Shown piece after piece: positions 40,904-51,014 of a DNA stretch of 64,000 nt; position 1 is the stretch's first letter; each line of letters begins with the position of its first letter. The notes below the pieces were generated by a model that saw only the letters and a program-made list of their open reading frames with translations, was not told where the DNA came from and ran no database searches. The DNA is from an uncultured virus (IMG/VR IMGVR_UViG_3300042376_001667) (Duplodnaviria > Heunggongvirae > Uroviricota > Caudoviricetes): the IMG/VR virus record IMGVR_UViG_3300042376_001667; one strand, given 5' to 3'. A program made the translations under genes and the position numbers.

Positions 40904-42478
40904 ATGGCAGTTGTAAATGCTGCTCTTGCAAATAAAACTGTCTCAGATCCAAATGCTGAATACGAATCCTTAAGACCTTTGTGGCAGAAAAGCCGTGCTA
41001 TCTGCAGTGGAGAGCGTTTTACAAAAGATTTTGATAGTTACCTAGATGTTGGTAATTTTACAAATCTTTTAATTCCGTTCTCCCCTAGTATGACAGCTCA
41101 ACAGTACCAGTTTTACAAGGCAGAAGCTGAGCTGCCTGGTATTGTTGCGCAATTTGCTAAAATGCTTGTTGGAGGCTTGCTTAGAAAGCAACCTGTGCTT
41201 TCATTACCTCCGGGAATACCTGAAGAAGTTCAAGACTGGATTATGAACCAGTTTGGTCAAGATGATTCAAGTCTTATTGGCTTTCTTGATGCGGCATTGT
41301 GGGAAGAATTACAAACAAGCCGTGCTTGGATTTATGTAGATCACCCTGTAGTAGACCCAGACACTCTTAGTGTAGAAGATAAGCAGCTGTTAAAGCCGTA
41401 CCCCGTACTCTGGCAAGCCGATTCAGTTATTAATTGGAGAACGCGTAAGGATCCTTTTGGTAAGATGATTTTAGATCGTGTAATTGTGCGATCTTATGAA
41501 GAGTCTTTCGAAAAGAACGAGTTCCATCCATCTTTTAAAGACACAGTTCGTGTGCATGAACTCGATGAATCAGGCTTTTATCAGATCAGAGTATTTCAGC
41601 AAAGGTCTGATACAACTTCTGTACAAGTTGTAAATGGTCAACAACAAAAAGAATTTTCTAACCGAAAACCTTCGTTTGAATTAGTAGAGACTATTCAAAA
41701 TATTTTAAATAATGGCGAAAGGCTTAGGATAATTCCTGCCTGGCCTTTGAATGGCTCAGTTAATTTATTAGAGCCAATTTTAATGCCTATTATTGATAAA
41801 GAGGTCAGTCTTTACAATAAGATAAGCAGACGAAATCATTTGCTATATGGAGCTTCTACTTATACTCCAGTCATCATGTCTGACATGAATGATGATGAAT
41901 TTGAAGAAGTGGTTAACAAAGGCTTAGGTTCTTGGCTGAGGCTTAGGCAAGGTGATGAAGCAAAGGTTTTAGAAACACCTACAGCCGCATTGCAAGATAT
42001 GGACAGGGCTATTGCTGCAGCTATTGAGGAAATGGCAAAGCTTGGCATTCGAATGCTGAGCCCAGAATCTGCTCAATCTGGTATTGCTCTTGAAATTCGA
42101 AATGCAGCTCAAAACGCTCAATTAGGTTCTTTGAATACTAAAATAAGCTCTACTTTGAGGGCAGTGATTTGCTTTATGATCAATTGGAGATACAATCTTC
42201 AGTTGAGACCTCAAGATATTAACTTTAGTTTGTCTTCAGACTTTAATCCAATACCCTTAGGCGCCGATTGGTTGAGACTTGCTACAGAGTGGTACCAACA
42301 AGGTCTGATTCCTCGTTCTATTTGGTTAATGATTCTCAAGCAAAACGATATGATACCTCCTGACTATGATGATGAAGAAGGTAAAATGGAAATTACAGCT
42401 GATATGGAGGCTGTAATGAAAGCTCAACAGGGGTCGTCTGATTATGCAAGTAAAATAGCTAACACAGAGGGTTTATAA
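40904..42478 (+). CDS. portal protein (DUF4055-like)
   Basis: 524 aa, GAGG RBS, head-module position; N-terminal P..EYE..RP.W...R, YQFYK.AE, helical SG.A.EIR region. Confidence 0.8.
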   Translation: MAVVNAALANKTVSDPNAEYESLRPLWQKSRAICSGERFTKDFDSYLDVGNFTNLLIPFSPSMTAQQYQFYKAEAELPGIVAQFAKMLVGGLLRKQPVLSLPPGIPEEVQDWIMNQFGQDDSSLIGFLDAALWEELQTSRAWIYVDHPVVDPDTLSVEDKQLLKPYPVLWQADSVINWRTRKDPFGKMILDRVIVRSYEESFEKNEFHPSFKDTVRVHELDESGFYQIRVFQQRSDTTSVQVVNGQQQKEFSNRKPSFELVETIQNILNNGERLRIIPAWPLNGSVNLLEPILMPIIDKEVSLYNKISRRNHLLYGASTYTPVIMSDMNDDEFEEVVNKGLGSWLRLRQGDEAKVLETPTAALQDMDRAIAAAIEEMAKLGIRMLSPESAQSGIALEIRNAAQNAQLGSLNTKISSTLRAVICFMINWRYNLQLRPQDINFSLSSDFNPIPLGADWLRLATEWYQQGLIPRSIWLMILKQNDMIPPDYDDEEGKMEITADMEAVMKAQQGSSDYASKIANTEGL

Positions 42479-42479
42479 A

Positions 42480-42917
42480 ATGCCGGACAATAAAGTAAAC
42501 AATCCTGAAGGTAAAAATCAATATACTGGAAAGGGTAAATCTTCTGAGCCTTACAGGTATTCTATTGGTGGTTATTTTGCCACTAAAAACACACAAAAGA
42601 CATTAAATACCCTTACAACCGATTCCTATAAAAGAGCTGAAGCTGCGAATAAAGAAGCTGGTCAAGCTTATCAAAAATACGAGAAAATTCCTCCGAGCTT
42701 TCGAAATGATCTTTCTGAGAACGAGTATAAAAAAGTTTTATCTGCATCACAAAAAGCTAATGAAGAAATGAATAGATCTATCCTTATTTCAGAAGCTTCT
42801 GCAAATTATAGAAAAATAAGTAATCCTATTGATTATAGCAAAGCTTTTGCCAAACAAACTGTAGTTGACACAAAACAAATTGCTCAAAATATTCGTAAAC
42901 GCATGTGGGGTGGATAA
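42480..42917 (+). CDS. putative internal head protein 1
   Basis: N-terminal NKVNNPEGKNQYTGK shared with 43383; basic. Confidence 0.55.
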   Translation: MPDNKVNNPEGKNQYTGKGKSSEPYRYSIGGYFATKNTQKTLNTLTTDSYKRAEAANKEAGQAYQKYEKIPPSFRNDLSENEYKKVLSASQKANEEMNRSILISEASANYRKISNPIDYSKAFAKQTVVDTKQIAQNIRKRMWGG

Positions 42918-43372
42918 TGGCCGTAAATGAAAAAATCAGTGAAGCTCTCAAAGGCAACACCAATGCTGCAAAAAATCATGCTAAGAAAGGTATTGCTGCA
43001 ATTCAAAATGCCAGTAACCGTGCAAAAGTTGTAGCAGGCGGAGCTTTTGCAAATACTGCTAAAAAATTAGATAAATTCAATGACAAAGCTATTGATGTTA
43101 GACAAAGTGCAGCATACGCTGCAGGAGCAGCTGTTGGAGCTCCTATAGGAGCTATAGGAGGAGCTGCTTTAGGTCTTTCTGCAACTCGGGGCATGGATAA
43201 AACAGATAAACAGTTAGCTTACCGAACTCTTGCAGTTGGTGCTACTTCTTTCATGGGTGCTGTAACTGCTGCAGACTATCTTGGTAAAAAGACGCAAAGA
43301 GGTGTGAATAGTCTTAATGAGTATCCAGAAAAAGCTAGACAATCACTAAAAAACAAACTAAATAGCAGGTAA
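42917..43372 (+). CDS. putative internal head protein 2 (Gly/Ala zipper)
   Basis: AAGAAVGAPIGAIGGAALG hydrophobic glycine-zipper segment. Confidence 0.55.
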   Translation: MAVNEKISEALKGNTNAAKNHAKKGIAAIQNASNRAKVVAGGAFANTAKKLDKFNDKAIDVRQSAAYAAGAAVGAPIGAIGGAALGLSATRGMDKTDKQLAYRTLAVGATSFMGAVTAADYLGKKTQRGVNSLNEYPEKARQSLKNKLNSR

Positions 43373-43382
43373 TCAAGTCGTT

Positions 43383-43994
43383 ATGAATAAAATAAATAAT
43401 CCTGAAGGTATAAATCAATACACAGGAAAAGCTAAAGCAATAGTTGAAAAAACTAAAGTAAAGGCTGGAGGTGTATTTGCCAGTACTAAAGAAAAGTCTA
43501 AACAAGGCTGGGAAGCTGTTGATAAAACAGTTAAGTATGGTGCCGCCGGTGCTGCTATTGGAGGTGCAGCAGCTTTAGGTGGTGTTGGCGGAGCTAGGCT
43601 TGCTACAAATGCAATTGGTTCGGGCACTAAAGCTGCAGTGATAGGTGGTGCTGTAGGTGCCGGTGCAGGCTTTCTATCTGCAAAGTCTACCGAGAAGTAT
43701 TTAAGTCCCGAAACTAATAAGAATCGAAATATTCTGAGAGCTGCTGCAACAGTAAATACAGGCGCGCTTGGTGCACTTGGTGGTGCGGTAGGTTATATGG
43801 GTCTTAAGGCATTAGGAGCCCCTACTCCTGCAAAAGTTGCTGCGGGTGCTGTTATTGGCGGCGCAATTGGAGCTTATCAAGGCTACAAAGCTGATAGGGC
43901 CGAAGCTGGAAAAAGAACTGCAGATGCTGCAAATAAATCATTAGAAGAAAAAGCAAAAATAACAGGCTATCAAAGACAATTCAAACAGGTGTAA
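43383..43994 (+). CDS. putative internal head protein 3 (Gly/Ala zipper)
   Basis: [16 protein letters not shown]-terminus; four GxxxG-rich hydrophobic segments. Confidence 0.55.
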   Translation: MNKINNPEGINQYTGKAKAIVEKTKVKAGGVFASTKEKSKQGWEAVDKTVKYGAAGAAIGGAAALGGVGGARLATNAIGSGTKAAVIGGAVGAGAGFLSAKSTEKYLSPETNKNRNILRAAATVNTGALGALGGAVGYMGLKALGAPTPAKVAAGAVIGGAIGAYQGYKADRAEAGKRTADAANKSLEEKAKITGYQRQFKQV

Positions 43995-43996
43995 AA

Positions 43997-44155
43997 ATGC
44001 CACTTAAAAAAGGCTATTCTCAAAAGACAATTTCCAAAAATGTTAGTATGCTTGTGGATGAAGGGCGTCCTCAAAAACAAGCCGTTGCAATTGCTTTAGA
44101 AACTGCTAAAGAAGCAAAGAAAAAGAATGTTAAAAAGAACAACTCTAAAAATTAG
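43997..44155 (+). CDS. small basic phage protein (52 aa, below ORF track cutoff)
   Basis: [16 protein letters not shown]...[12 protein letters not shown], a recurrent small protein of phage head modules. Confidence 0.75.
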   Translation: MPLKKGYSQKTISKNVSMLVDEGRPQKQAVAIALETAKEAKKKNVKKNNSKN

Positions 44156-44170
44156 ATTTTAAAGAGTTAA

Positions 44171-44310
44171 AAATATGCAATTTAAAGCGGTCCTAGGTGT
44201 CTGCGGGTGCATATGACATGGCTGAGGTATGGCCATTTGTAAAAAATTGCACCTGCAGGCAGCCTGGGTACCAGTCGGGGCCATCCTGCGACTACCGCAG
44301 CTGAGAGGTT
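44171..44310 (+). ncRNA. candidate structured 5' leader RNA of the MuF-RNAP gene
   Basis: GC-rich intergenic; 20-bp stem 44192-44211/44248-44268 with three G-U pairs and one bulge; overlapping small hairpins next to the GAGAGGT RBS. Confidence 0.55.
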
Positions 44311-44313
44311 GAT

Positions 44314-47300
44314 ATGGCGAATAACGCTAATACTGATATATACGACAGAACGATAAACAGAGCTGCAATGATCAGGCTCTATGAAAGACGTATTAACGAG
44401 AAAGTAGAATCAATAATAAACGAACATACTGGTAGGCTTGACGGAATTGTCCGTGACGGAGACTTATCAGTTAAAGGTCGAAATAAATTGTTTGAGGCAA
44501 TTGATAAAGAATTGCTTAAAACTCATAAAGAAACATTTAATGTTACAAAACGTTCATTGCTTGATTTAGTTTCTGATCAACTGTCATACACTTATCAGAC
44601 AGTTGAAGTTGCAATGAGTAAAATTTGGCGTACAGAAAGACCTGCTAAAAGAGTTGCTGAAGATATTGTTCTTCAAAGACCTTTATATCAAGATCAAACT
44701 CTAGCTGCTGGTTGGGCTAGCGTTAGTACAGCTGAAAAGAAGCGGCTCGAAGCTTTAATTCGAAAAGGTATAGCAGAAAATCATACAATCGACGAGATAG
44801 CTTTAGACCTCCGAAAAGGAAATATTCACAATATAACAAGATCACAATCAAAAGGTCTTGTTGTAACTGCCGTAACCTCAGTTACTTCGCAAACTGACCA
44901 CGAAGTTTATAAGGCTAATAGTCAAGCTATTAGAGGTTGGCAGTATGTTTCTGTGCTAGATTCTCGTACAACACCAATTTGTATACACAGAGATGGTAAG
45001 ATATATGATATGTCTGAGACCTCTTATCTGCCTCCTGCACATTTTCATTGCAGATCGACAACCGTGCCTGTTTTTAAATCTTGGGATGATATTTCCAAGC
45101 TAGAAGGTGTAGCTCAAATACGCCGACGTAATATTGAGAATTTGAGCAAAGATCAAATATCATATTATGACGGACAAACGCCTTTGCGAGAATCTTACAA
45201 TTCTTGGCTGCTTCGTCAGCCTAAAGACGTTCAACTAAAACATCTAGGTGATTATCAAAAAGTTGAATTGCTTAATAGTGGTCAGTTAACTTTAGACAGA
45301 TTTACTAATCCAGAAGGCAACTCCGTCGGTATAAAAGAGCTCCGCGCCATTACAGATAGTGGCTATACATTGCCAAATGACACTAAGAGATTTGCAATTG
45401 CAAAAGAAAAATTAGATGCAATGCAATTAGGAGCAAGTACACCTGACGACTTTATCGATAATGAGAAGCTTCGTAAAACATTGGTGGATTATTACTTGTT
45501 ACAAAGCGCAGAGTTGAACGGGACACTATCGCTAACTAACTATCGAGGTGTTCTTACAAATGTCAAACGTGGCGTTAAAAATCGGGTATTAACGTCTCCT
45601 CCTCGAGAAGACCAACTAAAGTTCAATCCGATAACAGGACGATATGAAGACGTTAGATTATATCAACCAAATTCAGCTGTCTTGGCTAACAACACAAGAC
45701 TTATCCAAGAAAGTGATAAGTTATTGGACAGAGACAGGGAATTTATATCTAAAGTCTTGGATGGTCTTTCTGAGAAAATGAGTGTAAACGAAAGAGCTGT
45801 TGTCGCGGACAATCTTCGAATTATCTTTAGCAGATACAGAGATAACAAAGAGCCCTGGACAAATTTTAAAGCGGTAGTTCAAGGTCAAATAAAGTTTGAT
45901 GTAATGAACGTTTCGGATGCTATTGAAACTCAAATTCGAAAGGATTCTGATGTTTTAAAGAAGCTTCTTCAGGATAACTACTTAGATCCTGTTTTAGGTC
46001 CTACACAGTTACAGGAACTTCATGATAATTTCATTTCTAATATTCTTGCAAGAAATAAGTGGGAAGATAAAACAGCTCCTAAAATCGCGCAGGAATTAAG
46101 AACAGTATTTGATTACAAAATACCCGCTAAAATACGTTTAAGGGTATCTGACCGCGATTTGCAGCAATTCTATTTAAAGTTTGCTCATCGTTTGAGCTTA
46201 GCAGATTCGCCAGATAGAGACAGCTTTGCAGTTTCGTTAGGAAGAGATCTTTACAATCTTGCAAATTTTAATGGCAATCGGCGTGAATGGTACGATCTTG
46301 GCATGAAACTCTTAGAAGCCAAGAACGTTAAGAAATTCTTCGAAGTTGAAACTTTCGGTGTTCAAAAGCGAAGAATGAAAAGCAGACTAAGCGGTCAATA
46401 TTTTGGTCCGTACTATGATGCGTTATCTTATAATATTAGAATTGTAGATCCTAGAATTCAAGAGTACGCTAAGCTAAATAGAAAAGTTGAACTTGGTCTT
46501 CGAGTTTCTGTAACAGAAGACAAAAATAGGCTTCTATTTAGAGAAGGCTACAAAACATATTTCATTGATAGAGGAATTTTAGGGTTAGAAGATACAAGAA
46601 TTCCAATTACATCAACTAGCAGCTTTAGTGATTTCCCTGAAGAATTTGTAGACAAAAATCTAGTTGATGCTTTGAATTGGGCTTCCAAAGCTAAGTATAA
46701 AATTGACGAAGACTATTTTGATTTTACACAAAAGTTATTATATTTTGAGGACGACAAGGGTCAAGCTAAAAAGTATAATGATTTGAATGAATATCGAAAA
46801 TATATTTCAAGCCGTGGCGACGCTTACGAGCGTTTTAAGGCAATGGAATGGCTTCGTAAAGATGACAAGGCGTTTAGTAATCATCCTTTTATTGATCATC
46901 GAGCACGTATTTATGATCGTGGTTTAATCGGTCCTCAGTCTGGTGAAACATTTAGACCCTTTCTAAATACAGATGTAGCTAAGAACTTTAGTCCCGAAGA
47001 TTTTGAGAACTTTCAAGATCAGATCGGATCTTTCTTAGGAGGACTTAGCGATTACTTTGAGGGAAAGTTTAATTCTCTATCAATCACAGGAAGACAGAAG
47101 ATAGCAGAAAAGTGGCGTCCTGAGCTTGTTCGCATTGGCAATCACATGCTTAGAAAGAAACCAGCAGATATTCGTGCTATTTTAGAATCTGAAATATTTC
47201 AAAAAATTGATGGCGAAGAACTTAATAAGTTTTTGCGTTTTGCGTTAGAGACTGCTAAAATTGATAATTACTTAGCAACTGACAGTCTCGGTTCAAAGTA

Positions 47301-48993
47301 TTCAGTTAAAAACCTTCAAAGGCTTCGTGATTACAAAACAGCGCTAGCCTTAGAACAAGATGCTTCGTCTTCTGGCGCTCAGATTATTGCATTAACGACT
47401 CGTAATAAACAGCTGGCAGAACTTAGCAATGTAGTCCCTACAAACCAAAAGAAACGTTTGTATGACGAAATTGCGGCATTAACTTATAATGATCCTAGGT
47501 TTAGAGAACTCAACCAAAAGTTAGGCTTAAATGAAAAAGATTTGAGAAAAGCTTCTAAGGCGCAAAACATGGTAACATTCTACGGCGCTGGCGAAAAAAC
47601 CAGTGGCCTAAATGTAGAAGGTAAACTGTCTAAGGTTTTAGATAAGCAAGAGAATGTCTTAGTCGTCAAGGCTTCTGAAAGAGATGTAGTTCTTAATGAG
47701 ATTTCTGCAAGAATTGCAAGATACGAAAAATTTGATCCAGAAACTGCCGAGGAACTTCGACAATTACGACAAAATGTCAGAGACATTTTTAATAAAGGTT
47801 TAGATCCTGGCGATGAAATTTTAGATCAGCTTTATTTTCTAGAACCTAAAACAAAAGAACTTGTTGAGAAGTTGTCTCAGTCGTACGAAAAAGTAGTTAC
47901 ACCTGATGATTTTAAAGCAATTGCTAGAATCATGAGTGAATACTTATCAGAGCAAGTCCCTATACTTAAAGATTTTACTAGGTATTTTGGTAGATTAGCT
48001 GAAGATTATTTGGCAAATGCAAAACCGTCAAATAGTGACTTTGATTGGGAATCTATTGCAAAAACACAATTAGTCGGTACAAGACAAAAGGGCTATACGC
48101 TACCTGATAATGTAAGCAGATTACTAGGTGTAAAAGCAGGTGAACCTGTATCAGAAAAACTGCTCAAAAGATTTGGCTTTTGGAATCCCAATGGCACATT
48201 AGCTCAAATTATTTTTGGTGTAGATTCTCCTGAGTATCGTCGAACTGGCGCTAAATATCTTAAAACTGAAATCATTGTCCCGACAATCGATCTTAAAAAG
48301 GGTGCATTAGCTAAAGAAGTCTCCCTTAGTGGATTTGAAGTATTTAAGGCAAATAAACTACCTAAAAGCTGGACGAATGTGCCTTGGGTTAATTTTGATG
48401 GTAAAATTATTGAACAAAATTTTACACAATCTTTTGAAGAACGACTTGTTTATAAAGATAAATATGGTAACTGGACTACTAACATATTGCAGCTACCGCA
48501 GAAAACTGAGATATCGTGGGTAGATACGCTGATTAACAAGTCGGGAAAGATTAACGATATTGCTGACCTAACTCGTGCAAGAACAGCATTCGCAGTTAAT
48601 GGCAATCACTCTAATGATGCTGTAATTGTTAAAAAATTTCATCTTTGGGGTAAGAAAACAGGTGTTCCAACTTCTACTATTCATGATGCCTTCTTTACTA
48701 ATGCAGCAGATATGCTTACTGCAAGGTCAGCCTTGAAAGAGATCTATGCAGACGTGTTAGATAAGAATGTTATCAAGATGACGCTAGATGAAATGAAAGC
48801 CAGAGGTTTGCCTAAGGAGTTATATGATAAGTATCTTGAAGAAGCTATTGAAAAAGGTTTAATACCTATTCCAGGAAAATCTAGAGTTGGTGATAAAATT
48901 TTAAATGAAAAAGACATACTGAATAGAAAAGATATTTTAAAGGAAATTCCTAAAGGTTTTTCCAATGACTATGGATGGTACGGTGTTGGCTAA
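44314..48993 (+). CDS. MuF/SPP1-gp7-like minor head protein fused to T7-type single-subunit DNA-dependent RNA polymerase
   Basis: MuF core WQYVSVLDSRTTPIC...DG...PPAHFHCRST (aa ~209-249); RNAP motifs DHRARIY (aa 861), A EQDASSSGAQ (D1016), B RKASKAQNMVTFYG (aa 1078-1091), AVNGNHSNDA, C TIHDAF (D1458). Confidence 0.9.
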   Translation: MANNANTDIYDRTINRAAMIRLYERRINEKVESIINEHTGRLDGIVRDGDLSVKGRNKLFEAIDKELLKTHKETFNVTKRSLLDLVSDQLSYTYQTVEVAMSKIWRTERPAKRVAEDIVLQRPLYQDQTLAAGWASVSTAEKKRLEALIRKGIAENHTIDEIALDLRKGNIHNITRSQSKGLVVTAVTSVTSQTDHEVYKANSQAIRGWQYVSVLDSRTTPICIHRDGKIYDMSETSYLPPAHFHCRSTTVPVFKSWDDISKLEGVAQIRRRNIENLSKDQISYYDGQTPLRESYNSWLLRQPKDVQLKHLGDYQKVELLNSGQLTLDRFTNPEGNSVGIKELRAITDSGYTLPNDTKRFAIAKEKLDAMQLGASTPDDFIDNEKLRKTLVDYYLLQSAELNGTLSLTNYRGVLTNVKRGVKNRVLTSPPREDQLKFNPITGRYEDVRLYQPNSAVLANNTRLIQESDKLLDRDREFISKVLDGLSEKMSVNERAVVADNLRIIFSRYRDNKEPWTNFKAVVQGQIKFDVMNVSDAIETQIRKDSDVLKKLLQDNYLDPVLGPTQLQELHDNFISNILARNKWEDKTAPKIAQELRTVFDYKIPAKIRLRVSDRDLQQFYLKFAHRLSLADSPDRDSFAVSLGRDLYNLANFNGNRREWYDLGMKLLEAKNVKKFFEVETFGVQKRRMKSRLSGQYFGPYYDALSYNIRIVDPRIQEYAKLNRKVELGLRVSVTEDKNRLLFREGYKTYFIDRGILGLEDTRIPITSTSSFSDFPEEFVDKNLVDALNWASKAKYKIDEDYFDFTQKLLYFEDDKGQAKKYNDLNEYRKYISSRGDAYERFKAMEWLRKDDKAFSNHPFIDHRARIYDRGLIGPQSGETFRPFLNTDVAKNFSPEDFENFQDQIGSFLGGLSDYFEGKFNSLSITGRQKIAEKWRPELVRIGNHMLRKKPADIRAILESEIFQKIDGEELNKFLRFALETAKIDNYLATDSLGSKYSVKNLQRLRDYKTALALEQDASSSGAQIIALTTRNKQLAELSNVVPTNQKKRLYDEIAALTYNDPRFRELNQKLGLNEKDLRKASKAQNMVTFYGAGEKTSGLNVEGKLSKVLDKQENVLVVKASERDVVLNEISARIARYEKFDPETAEELRQLRQNVRDIFNKGLDPGDEILDQLYFLEPKTKELVEKLSQSYEKVVTPDDFKAIARIMSEYLSEQVPILKDFTRYFGRLAEDYLANAKPSNSDFDWESIAKTQLVGTRQKGYTLPDNVSRLLGVKAGEPVSEKLLKRFGFWNPNGTLAQIIFGVDSPEYRRTGAKYLKTEIIVPTIDLKKGALAKEVSLSGFEVFKANKLPKSWTNVPWVNFDGKIIEQNFTQSFEERLVYKDKYGNWTTNILQLPQKTEISWVDTLINKSGKINDIADLTRARTAFAVNGNHSNDAVIVKKFHLWGKKTGVPTSTIHDAFFTNAADMLTARSALKEIYADVLDKNVIKMTLDEMKARGLPKELYDKYLEEAIEKGLIPIPGKSRVGDKILNEKDILNRKDILKEIPKGFSNDYGWYGVG

Positions 48994-49000
48994 GCCAAAT

Positions 49001-49016
49001 CCCGTTAGATTAACCC
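49001..49016 (+). promoter_or_regulatory. repeated motif CCCGTTAGATTAACCC, candidate phage RNAP promoter
   Basis: Exact copy of 24193-24208; just after the RNAP stop and upstream of the scaffold-capsid operon. Confidence 0.65.
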
Positions 49017-49098
49017 AGGTGAGAATCTCCACAGATAACATCTGATTTTAAAATAAAGATTGTATCTTTATTAAATGAGTCGTACTCAAGGAAACAAA

Positions 49099-49782
49099 AT
49101 GTCAACTGATACAAATCAAGAAGATCAAAACAACGTCGATGACTCTTCATCTGACAAGAGCACAACTGAAACTAACAAGGACACTACAGCAGGCTCAGCA
49201 GATCCTGTTGAGAAGCTTGTAGAATCTCGTGTTCAGGAGGCTCTTAAAGATATTAAGCTGAAGCTCGATAAAGCATATAGCGTCAGAGATGAAGCTTTGC
49301 GTAAAGCTGCTGATATTGAGCAAGCTAGAAAACAAGAAGAGATCAAGCGACTTCAAGAGGATGGTAAGCATAAAGAAGCACTTGAACTGCAACTTGCGGA
49401 AGAGAGGGCACAGAGAGCTGCATATGAAAAACGTGTCGTAGAACTAACACGCGACATGGACCTCAAAAATGCGCTAAGCACTTACTCTTTCAAAAATGAA
49501 AATGCCTTCAGTATGGCATATCGTGAAATTGTGGATCAACTCGCCCAAGATGACAAAGGAATTTGGAGACACAAATCGGGTGTATCTCTTAAAGACTTTG
49601 TAAAGCAATTTGCAGATGATGAAAACAATGCTTTCTTGCTGAAACCTAAAGTATCTTCTGGTTCTGGCAGTTCGACAACGAAGGTTAAAGATTCTTCGAG
49701 TGGTATGTCCGGAAAGTCTATTTTCGAATTACCGCAAGACGAAGTTTTGAAACTCGCTAGAGAAGGCAAATTGAGAAAATAA
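49099..49782 (+). CDS. capsid scaffolding protein
   Basis: AAGGA RBS; acidic N-terminus, coiled coil, SSGSGS linker near the C-terminus; immediately before the capsid gene. Confidence 0.8.
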   Translation: MSTDTNQEDQNNVDDSSSDKSTTETNKDTTAGSADPVEKLVESRVQEALKDIKLKLDKAYSVRDEALRKAADIEQARKQEEIKRLQEDGKHKEALELQLAEERAQRAAYEKRVVELTRDMDLKNALSTYSFKNENAFSMAYREIVDQLAQDDKGIWRHKSGVSLKDFVKQFADDENNAFLLKPKVSSGSGSSTTKVKDSSSGMSGKSIFELPQDEVLKLAREGKLRK

Positions 49783-49808
49783 CCTTCCTAGCTATCTAGG
49801 ATAATAAA

Positions 49809-50996
49809 ATGACTGTTCGTGTTAACGTTGCTGGTGCCGACAATTTTGTTCTTCAGGAAGCTATTAGCGCTTACTCTGACGAAGCATATACCACAGCTAG
49901 AAAGCTTTCTGGTACCGGTATTGTCGGTTCTAATCCCCTTATTGATACTTCCACCGAAACTTTCGTCGGTCAAGTCCGTTGGTACAAGCCGCTGAATCCT
50001 ACCATTAACGTTGCATCCTTGACGGACTCGACTGATGGTACGGGTACTTCTTACAGCTCTGAGTATGTTAACTATGTTAAGACTGTGCGTACGCATGGTG
50101 CTAACAAGGTCAACATGCAACAAGTTGTGACGCAAGTAGACGGCCTTGCCAAGATCGGTCGTGACTTTGGTGAAACAAAAGCTCAAGACGAGCATAATGC
50201 AGTGCTGGCTGTGTTGCGTGGTGTTGCTATTTCTGAAGCTCTTAACGGTTGCGCTGCAGGGTCTGGCAATACAGGTCTTGGCGGTCAAACTTTTGACAAT
50301 GACCCTTCGAACAGACGCTTCGGCTTTTATGTCGATTTAGGCGCTAACAAGCCTATTGTTGATGCAACCGCTGCTGTTCAAGGTGCTGCAAGAGCTGAAG
50401 GTTTCTTGAGAGCCTTTGGGATGGCCTATAAGGACTATGAGCCTGATTATGCTTATCTTGTCTGCTCTCCTGAAATCGTGGCTTCTTTGCGTTCTGCGAA
50501 TCTGGTTGATAGCACTACCGTTGTTGATGGTAATATCACTTTCAACACAATCTTCCAAGGTAAGTTCCGTCTGATTCAGACTCGTGCTTCCCAAGGTTTT
50601 AGCTCTGCTGAGCTGACAAAGCTCAATACTGGCGCTGGTGTTGACATTGTTGGTTCTAAAACTTCTTTCATTGTTCTTCCTGGTGCACTGGCTATGGAAC
50701 CTCTTGCTGTTCCTGACAGTGTTGAAATTGAGCGTAAAGCTGCTGCTTATAAAGGTGGTGGTACTACCGCTGTGTGGTATCGTTGGGGCTATGTTGTGCA
50801 TCCTGCCGGCTACAATTGGGCTGGTTCGCAAGACGCTTTCCCCTCTGATACAGACTATGTTAGCGTCTTAGAAGGCGCTACCCAGAAGGCTCTGGCAAGT
50901 GTCGCTTCTGGTACGTTGGCATCAACTGGCGGTGTATGGGCACGTAAAGCTAGCTCTGCGCTTAGCTTGGGTATTCTGCCTGTGTTCCATGCCTAA
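49809..50996 (+). CDS. major capsid protein
   Basis: 395 aa, strong codon bias, position after scaffold; RWGYVVHPAGYNW C-terminal pattern. Confidence 0.85.
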   Translation: MTVRVNVAGADNFVLQEAISAYSDEAYTTARKLSGTGIVGSNPLIDTSTETFVGQVRWYKPLNPTINVASLTDSTDGTGTSYSSEYVNYVKTVRTHGANKVNMQQVVTQVDGLAKIGRDFGETKAQDEHNAVLAVLRGVAISEALNGCAAGSGNTGLGGQTFDNDPSNRRFGFYVDLGANKPIVDATAAVQGAARAEGFLRAFGMAYKDYEPDYAYLVCSPEIVASLRSANLVDSTTVVDGNITFNTIFQGKFRLIQTRASQGFSSAELTKLNTGAGVDIVGSKTSFIVLPGALAMEPLAVPDSVEIERKAAAYKGGGTTAVWYRWGYVVHPAGYNWAGSQDAFPSDTDYVSVLEGATQKALASVASGTLASTGGVWARKASSALSLGILPVFHA

Positions 50997-51014
50997 TAAC
51001 TAAGGAGAACACTT

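Noticed and set aside
45100..46800. Intein or toxin domain between MuF and RNAP
   Set aside because: No intein splice-junction or LAGLIDADG motifs and no recognisable toxin signature; left unassigned
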